From: Abditibacteriales bacterium | GTDB taxonomy: Bacteria > Armatimonadota > Abditibacteriia > Abditibacteriales > JANWYM01 | Direction of reading: 5' to 3' | DNA: 38,435 nucleotides | Assembly (NCBI GenBank): GCA_025055355.1 | Contig: JANWYM010000001.1 | Location: 1-38,435, forward strand | Part shown: positions 34,722 to 38,435 of the stretch, in pieces | Position numbering within the stretch: the first letter of the stretch is position 1 | Layout: every line of letters begins with the position of its first letter | Position numbers and translations under genes: made by a program | Notes under the pieces: generated by a model | Told to the model about the DNA's origin: nothing | Database searches by the model: none | Seen by the model: the letters and a program-made list of their open reading frames with translations, nothing else

Positions 34722-35393
34722 ATGCGCAGGCGCATCGTTTTTTTGGGTCCGCCGGGGGCGGGCAAAGGCACGCAAGCCCAGATGCTTGCCGAGTTCTTGG
34801 GCGTGCCGGTCATTGCCACAGGCGACTTGCTGCGGGCGGAGGTCGCCGCGGACACACCTTTGGGACGACAAGCGCGAGAGTTCATGGAGCAGGGTGCCTT
34901 GGTGCCTGACCCCCTGGTCATGGAGATCCTGAAGCGTCGCCTTGCCCAGCCCGATTGTGAGCAGGGGTTCATTTTAGACGGCTTTCCGCGCACGCTCGCG
35001 CAAGCGCAAGCGTTGGAAGAGCTACTGGGTCCGCAGGGGAGAGCGATCGAAGCCGTTCTGGAGTTGGAAGTGCCAGAAGCCGTTCTCGTCGAGCGCTTCA
35101 GCGGACGACGGGTGTGCCGTCATTGCGGTCACGTTTACCACTTACACACGCACCCGCCGCGCTGCGCGGGGACGTGTGACCGCTGCGGGGATGCGCTTAT
35201 CCAGCGCGCGGACGACACGCCGGCAACGGTGCGGACGCGGCTGCAGATTTATCATCAGGCGACAGAGCCGCTGATTCATTTTTACCGAGAGCGCGGGCTG
35301 TTGCATCGCATTGATGGGTCGGGGGACATTGACCGGATTCAGCACGCCACTCGTGAGGTCGTCGTAGCCCAAGACGACACACAGGGCGCATAG
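34722..35393 (+). CDS. adk: adenylate kinase (Zn-lid type)
   Basis: FLGPPGAGKGTQA, ATGDLLR, GFILDGFPRT..QA, lid CRHCGHVYH...CDRCG. No SD visible. Confidence 0.95.
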   Translation: MRRRIVFLGPPGAGKGTQAQMLAEFLGVPVIATGDLLRAEVAADTPLGRQAREFMEQGALVPDPLVMEILKRRLAQPDCEQGFILDGFPRTLAQAQALEELLGPQGRAIEAVLELEVPEAVLVERFSGRRVCRHCGHVYHLHTHPPRCAGTCDRCGDALIQRADDTPATVRTRLQIYHQATEPLIHFYRERGLLHRIDGSGDIDRIQHATREVVVAQDDTQGA

Positions 35394-35411
35394 TCCGGGG
35401 AGTGCAGAGTT

Positions 35412-35630
35412 ATGCCGAAGGAAAAAGGGGTCGAGGTCGAAGGAGTCGTCAAGGAGACGCTGCCCAACGCGACATTTCGGGTGGAAATTGAGGGCGGGCA
35501 CGAGGTGCTTGCCCACGTCTCCGGCAAGATCCGTCTGAACTTCATCCGCATCTTGCCAGGGGACCGGGTGCGCCTTGAACTGTCTCCCTACGACCTCACA
35601 CGCGGGCGCATTCTATACCGCTACAAATAA
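35412..35630 (+). CDS. infA: translation initiation factor IF-1
   Basis: VE.EG.V.E.LPNA.FRVE...GHEVLAH.SGK.R...IRILPGD.V..ELSPYDL.RGRI.YR.K. Confidence 0.97.
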   Translation: MPKEKGVEVEGVVKETLPNATFRVEIEGGHEVLAHVSGKIRLNFIRILPGDRVRLELSPYDLTRGRILYRYK

Positions 35631-35651
35631 CAGAGAGAGGAGCCACCACCG

Positions 35652-35765
35652 ATGAAGGTGCGCGCGTCCATTCGCAAGCGCTGTGACACCTGCAAGATCA
35701 TCCGGCGCAAGGGGAAGGTTTACGTCATCTGTGAGACCAAAAAACATAAGCAACGGCAAGGGTAG
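35652..35765 (+). CDS. rpmJ: 50S ribosomal protein L36 (not in the supplied ORF track)
   Basis: Translates to [37 protein letters not shown], stop TAG 35763-35765. GAGGAG upstream. Confidence 0.93.
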   Translation: MKVRASIRKRCDTCKIIRRKGKVYVICETKKHKQRQG

Positions 35766-35771
35766 AAGGCT

Positions 35772-35808
35772 ATGGTCAATGGTCCAGGGGACGTTGACCA
35801 TTGACCAT
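35772..35808. repeat. intergenic hairpin, 13-bp perfect stem ATGGTCAATGGTC
   Basis: 35772-35784 pairs with gaccattgaccat (35796-35808) around an 11-nt loop. A related gtcaatggttcatggtcaat lies at 22898-22917. Confidence 0.85.
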
Positions 35809-35824
35809 TCACCATGACGAGAGT

Positions 35825-36196
35825 ATGGCACGTATAGCCGGTGTGGACCTGCCGCGCGATAAACGGGTTGAAATAGCGCTGACCTATATTTACGGGATCG
35901 GCTTGACGACGAGTCAGCGCATCTTAGCCTCGGTAGGGATCAACCCTGACACGCGCATGAAGGACTTGACGGAACAGGAGATTGCGCGACTGCGGGAGGA
36001 AATCGAACGCAACTACCGCGTGGAGGGCGACTTGCGCCGCGAGGTGACCAGCAACATCAAGCGGTTGATTGAGATCGGCTCTTATCGCGGCTTGCGCCAC
36101 CGCCGTGGGTTGCCCGTGCGCGGTCAGCGGACAAAAACCAACGCCCGCACGCGCAAGGGTCCGCGCAAGACCGTCGGCGTGAAGCGGAAAAAGTAG
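35825..36196 (+). CDS. rpsM: 30S ribosomal protein S13
   Basis: [49 protein letters not shown]. Confidence 0.97.
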   Translation: MARIAGVDLPRDKRVEIALTYIYGIGLTTSQRILASVGINPDTRMKDLTEQEIARLREEIERNYRVEGDLRREVTSNIKRLIEIGSYRGLRHRRGLPVRGQRTKTNARTRKGPRKTVGVKRKK

Positions 36197-36272
36197 GGCG
36201 TAAAGCGTGAAACGTGGGGCGTAATGCGTAAGGCGCCATACGTATCCCGTATTACGCATTACGCCTCACGCC
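36197..36272. repeat. intergenic hairpin built from GGCGTAA[AT]GCGT units
   Basis: ggcgtaatgcgtaa (36218-36231) pairs with ttacgcattacgcc (36252-36265), 14 bp perfect. Further units gggcgtaaagcgtgaaacgtg and tcacgcc flank it. Confidence 0.8.
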
Positions 36273-36283
36273 TGAGAATTTGT

Positions 36284-36712
36284 ATGGCAACTGAGGGACA
36301 TAGAGAGACCCCCCAGCCCCCACCGCCGCGCCCCGTTCCGGGCGGGCGGCGGGGGCAGAAGCGCGTCTCCGCGAAGGGGATGGCGTTTATTCAGTCCACG
36401 TTCAACAACACCATCGTCACCATCACCGATGCGGAGGGCAACGTCGTCGGGTGGGCGAGCGCGGGGACGGAAGGATTTAAGGGCACGAAGAAAGGCACGC
36501 CCTTTGCGGCGCAAATTGCGGCGCAGAAGATCGCGCGCAAAGTCTACGACATGGGCATGCGCCGCGTGGATGTGTTTGTCAAGGGACCTGGCCCGGGTCG
36601 GGAGACGGCGCTGCGCGCGCTGCAAGCCAGCGGGCTGGAAATTGGGACGATCAAGGACAAAACCCCGCTTCCACACAACGGCTGCCGCCCGCGCAAGCGG
36701 CGCAGGGTGTAA
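36284..36712 (+). CDS. rpsK: 30S ribosomal protein S11 (Pro/Arg-rich N-terminal extension)
   Basis: [17 protein letters not shown]...W.SAG..GFKG.KK.TPFAAQ.AA, D.TP.PHNGCRP.K.RRV. Confidence 0.95.
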   Translation: MATEGHRETPQPPPPRPVPGGRRGQKRVSAKGMAFIQSTFNNTIVTITDAEGNVVGWASAGTEGFKGTKKGTPFAAQIAAQKIARKVYDMGMRRVDVFVKGPGPGRETALRALQASGLEIGTIKDKTPLPHNGCRPRKRRRV

Positions 36713-36714
36713 GA

Positions 36715-36790
36715 TGACCCCTGACCCCTGACCCCTGACCCCTGACCTTGCAGGTCGGGTGGTCCGGCGGTCAGTGGTTCTGCGGTCACT
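36715..36790. repeat. intergenic element: TGACCCC x4.7 (heptamers) opposed by GGTC-rich arm
   Basis: TGA of the unit at 36715, 36722, 36729, 36736 and 36743, so all three frames are covered. The right side is ggtcgggtggtccggcggtcagtggttctgcggtcactg. Confidence 0.75.
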
Positions 36791-36809
36791 GCGAGAGGGA
36801 CGATTTCAT

Positions 36810-37439
36810 TTGGCTCGTTATATTGACGCAAAGTGTCGGTTGTGTCGCCGCGAGGGGATGAAGCTTTTCCTCAAGGGCGAAAAGTGTATATCCAAGTGCG
36901 TGCTGGAGAGGCGCAAGAACCCTCCGGGGATGCACGGCAACAAGCCGCGCAAGAAGTTGATGGACTACGGCGTGCGGCTGCGCGAAAAGCAAAAGGCGCG
37001 CCGGATTTACGGCATCCTCGAGAAGCAGTTTAAGAACTACTTCGCCAAGGCGGCGCGGATGCCCGGCGTGACGGGCGAGAACCTGCTGCAACTGCTGGAG
37101 CGCCGCCTGGACAACGTCGTGTTCCGTCTGGGGTGGGGCGCCTCCCGCAATCAGGCGCGGCAGATTGTGCGTCACGGGCACGTGATGGTCAACGGGCGCG
37201 TGGTCAACATCCCGTCCTTTGAGGTGCGGGTGGGCGACACCGTCTCGCTCAAGGAGTCCAGTCGCACCAAGGGCGTCATCGCCGAGAACCTCGAACGCGG
37301 CGGGCGCAACCGCAGCCGCATTGACTGGTTACAAAAGTCTCCCGATCAACTCAGCGCGTCCGTCGTGGCTTTGCCCACCCGCGATCAAATTGATACAGAG
37401 GTCAATGAGCAACTCATCGTCGAGTATTATTCACGATAG
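36810..37439 (+). CDS. rpsD: 30S ribosomal protein S4 (Zn-finger type)
   Basis: TTG start gives (M)[33 protein letters not shown] lies about 9 nt upstream. [10 protein letters not shown].., the SR.QARQ region, HGH..VNGR.V.IPS. Confidence 0.93.
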   Translation: MARYIDAKCRLCRREGMKLFLKGEKCISKCVLERRKNPPGMHGNKPRKKLMDYGVRLREKQKARRIYGILEKQFKNYFAKAARMPGVTGENLLQLLERRLDNVVFRLGWGASRNQARQIVRHGHVMVNGRVVNIPSFEVRVGDTVSLKESSRTKGVIAENLERGGRNRSRIDWLQKSPDQLSASVVALPTRDQIDTEVNEQLIVEYYSR

Positions 37440-37472
37440 GACCCACAAGGGACGCGAGGCAGGAAAAGGGAA

Positions 37473-37529
37473 AATGGAGAATCGAAAAAGGACGTCACCG
37501 TTGCGATGCGCTGTGGACTATTCTCCATT
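37473..37529. repeat. hairpin in the rpsD-rpoA spacer
   Basis: aatggagaat (37473-37482) pairs with attctccatt (37520-37529), 10 bp with a 37-nt loop. Confidence 0.55.
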
Positions 37530-37577
37530 AGCCCAGAGCCTCCGTCCCGTGCTACTTACAGGAGGCGTGACCGACTG

Positions 37578-38435
37578 ATGCTCACTATTCTCAAACCGCG
37601 CATCCGTCAGTTGCAGCAACTCGACCGCTACGCCAAGTTTTCCGTCGAGCCGCTGGAGAAGGGTTATGGGCATACCCTCGGCAACGCGCTGCGGCGCGTC
37701 CTGCTGTCGTCTATCGAAGGGACGGCGATTACGTCTATCCAAATTGACGGTGTATTGCACGAGTTCTCTACCATACCGGGCGTGATTGAGGATACGACGG
37801 AGATCATTCTCAATCTGAAGGAGTTGGCGATTCGTTCCATCAACGGCACGCTGGACGGCGCGCGCACCGGGCGCATTGAAGCCAGAGGTGAGGGCGAAGT
37901 CACCGGCGCGGACATCATTTTGCCGCCGATGCTGGAGGTGGTCAACAAGGAGCAGCGCATCGCGACGTTGACCTCCCGCCAAGCGACGCTCAACATGACC
38001 CTGTATATCGAATCGGGCAAGGGGTATCAACCGGCGAAAAGTCAGGACAAAACGCACAAGCCCATCGGCACCATCCCCATTGACGCGGTGTTCACGCCCG
38101 TGCGCCGCGTGAACTACTATGTGGAGCCGACCCGCGTGGGGCAGAAAACCGACTACGACCGCCTCGTGTTAGAGGTGTGGACGAACGGCACCATCGCCCC
38201 CGCCGATGCCATCAGCCAAGCGGCGAAGATTTTAGACACCTACCTGCAACTGTTCTTCGACTTCGCCGAGCGCGAGGAGCAGGAGCGGAGGATGGAGGAG
38301 GTCGAGGTGCGCGAGCGGGACCGCGTGTTGGACTACCGCATTGACGACCTCGACTTTTCGGTGCGCACTTACAACTGTCTCAAGCGCGAGGGCATCGAGA
38401 CGCTCGAGGACCTCGTGCGCCGCACGGAGCAGGAC
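37578..38435 (+). CDS. rpoA: DNA-directed RNA polymerase alpha subunit (3' end outside window)
   Basis: Open to the window end, so absent from the ORF track. EPLEKGYGHTLGNALRRVLLSSI.G.A, PVRRVNY.VE.TRVGQ.TDYD.L.LEVWTNG, CTD start DDLDFSVRTYNCLKREGI. Confidence 0.95.
   Translation, partial: MLTILKPRIRQLQQLDRYAKFSVEPLEKGYGHTLGNALRRVLLSSIEGTAITSIQIDGVLHEFSTIPGVIEDTTEIILNLKELAIRSINGTLDGARTGRIEARGEGEVTGADIILPPMLEVVNKEQRIATLTSRQATLNMTLYIESGKGYQPAKSQDKTHKPIGTIPIDAVFTPVRRVNYYVEPTRVGQKTDYDRLVLEVWTNGTIAPADAISQAAKILDTYLQLFFDFAEREEQERRMEEVEVRERDRVLDYRIDDLDFSVRTYNCLKREGIETLEDLVRRTEQD

Noticed and set aside
16639-36790. Possibility that the short tandem repeats are CRISPR arrays
   Set aside because: The units are only 7-9 nt and directly abutting, with no spacers. 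Arrays are 2-5 units long, are paired with an inverted arm, and are scattered one per intergenic spacer. No cas genes are in the window.
1-38435. tRNA, rRNA, tmRNA, RNase P or SRP RNA genes
   Set aside because: Visual scanning of both strands in the non-coding stretches found no T-loop (GGTTCGAATCC-like) or other hallmark motifs. This is not a substitute for tRNAscan/Infernal.

Overview
High-GC (~60%) bacterial chromosomal window in two parts.

(1) nt 1-15.9k, accessory and partly decayed. It holds the 3' end of a parallel beta-helix protein, a Gfo/Idh/MocA oxidoreductase, a nitrilase-family stub and a multiply frameshifted, internally deleted alpha/beta-hydrolase/peptidase-like pseudogene. 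It also holds a small membrane protein, a DUF4058 gene, a Uma2 gene (both PD-(D/E)XK-type), a secreted coiled-coil protein and a heavy-metal RND efflux locus (TolC-like OMF, long coiled-coil MFP, CzcA/CusA-family pump). The efflux locus is preceded by a good sigma70-like promoter, an apparently leaderless Cys-rich small ORF and a MITE-like hairpin with an 8-bp target duplication. An opposite-strand retropepsin-like gene with its own TATAAT promoter and an in-frame TAG splits the locus between OMF and MFP.

(2) nt 15.9k-38.4k, a complete colinear str-S10-spc-alpha ribosomal superoperon: rpsL rpsG fusA tuf rpsJ rplC rplD rplW rplB rpsS rplV rpsC rplP rpmC rpsQ [EF-G paralogue] rplN rplX rplE rpsN rpsH rplF rplR rpsE rpmD rplO secY adk infA rpmJ rpsM rpsK rpsD rpoA(partial). 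No map gene is present. rpmJ is missing from the ORF track.

Most unusual signal: 22 of the operon's intergenic spacers are expanded to 60-145 nt. Each is filled by an inverted repeat whose arms are tandem 7-9 nt units belonging to a few recurring families, abutting the upstream stop and the downstream start codon.

Other oddities:
- a second EF-G (EF-G2-type) inserted between rpsQ and rplN
- a 1-nt frameshift in rplD
- an rpsE reading frame that runs 176 nt into rpmD
- a tuf with a non-canonical switch-I segment and a sharp codon-composition break

No rRNA, tRNA or CRISPR array was seen. All family assignments come from motif recognition by eye; no database search was possible.
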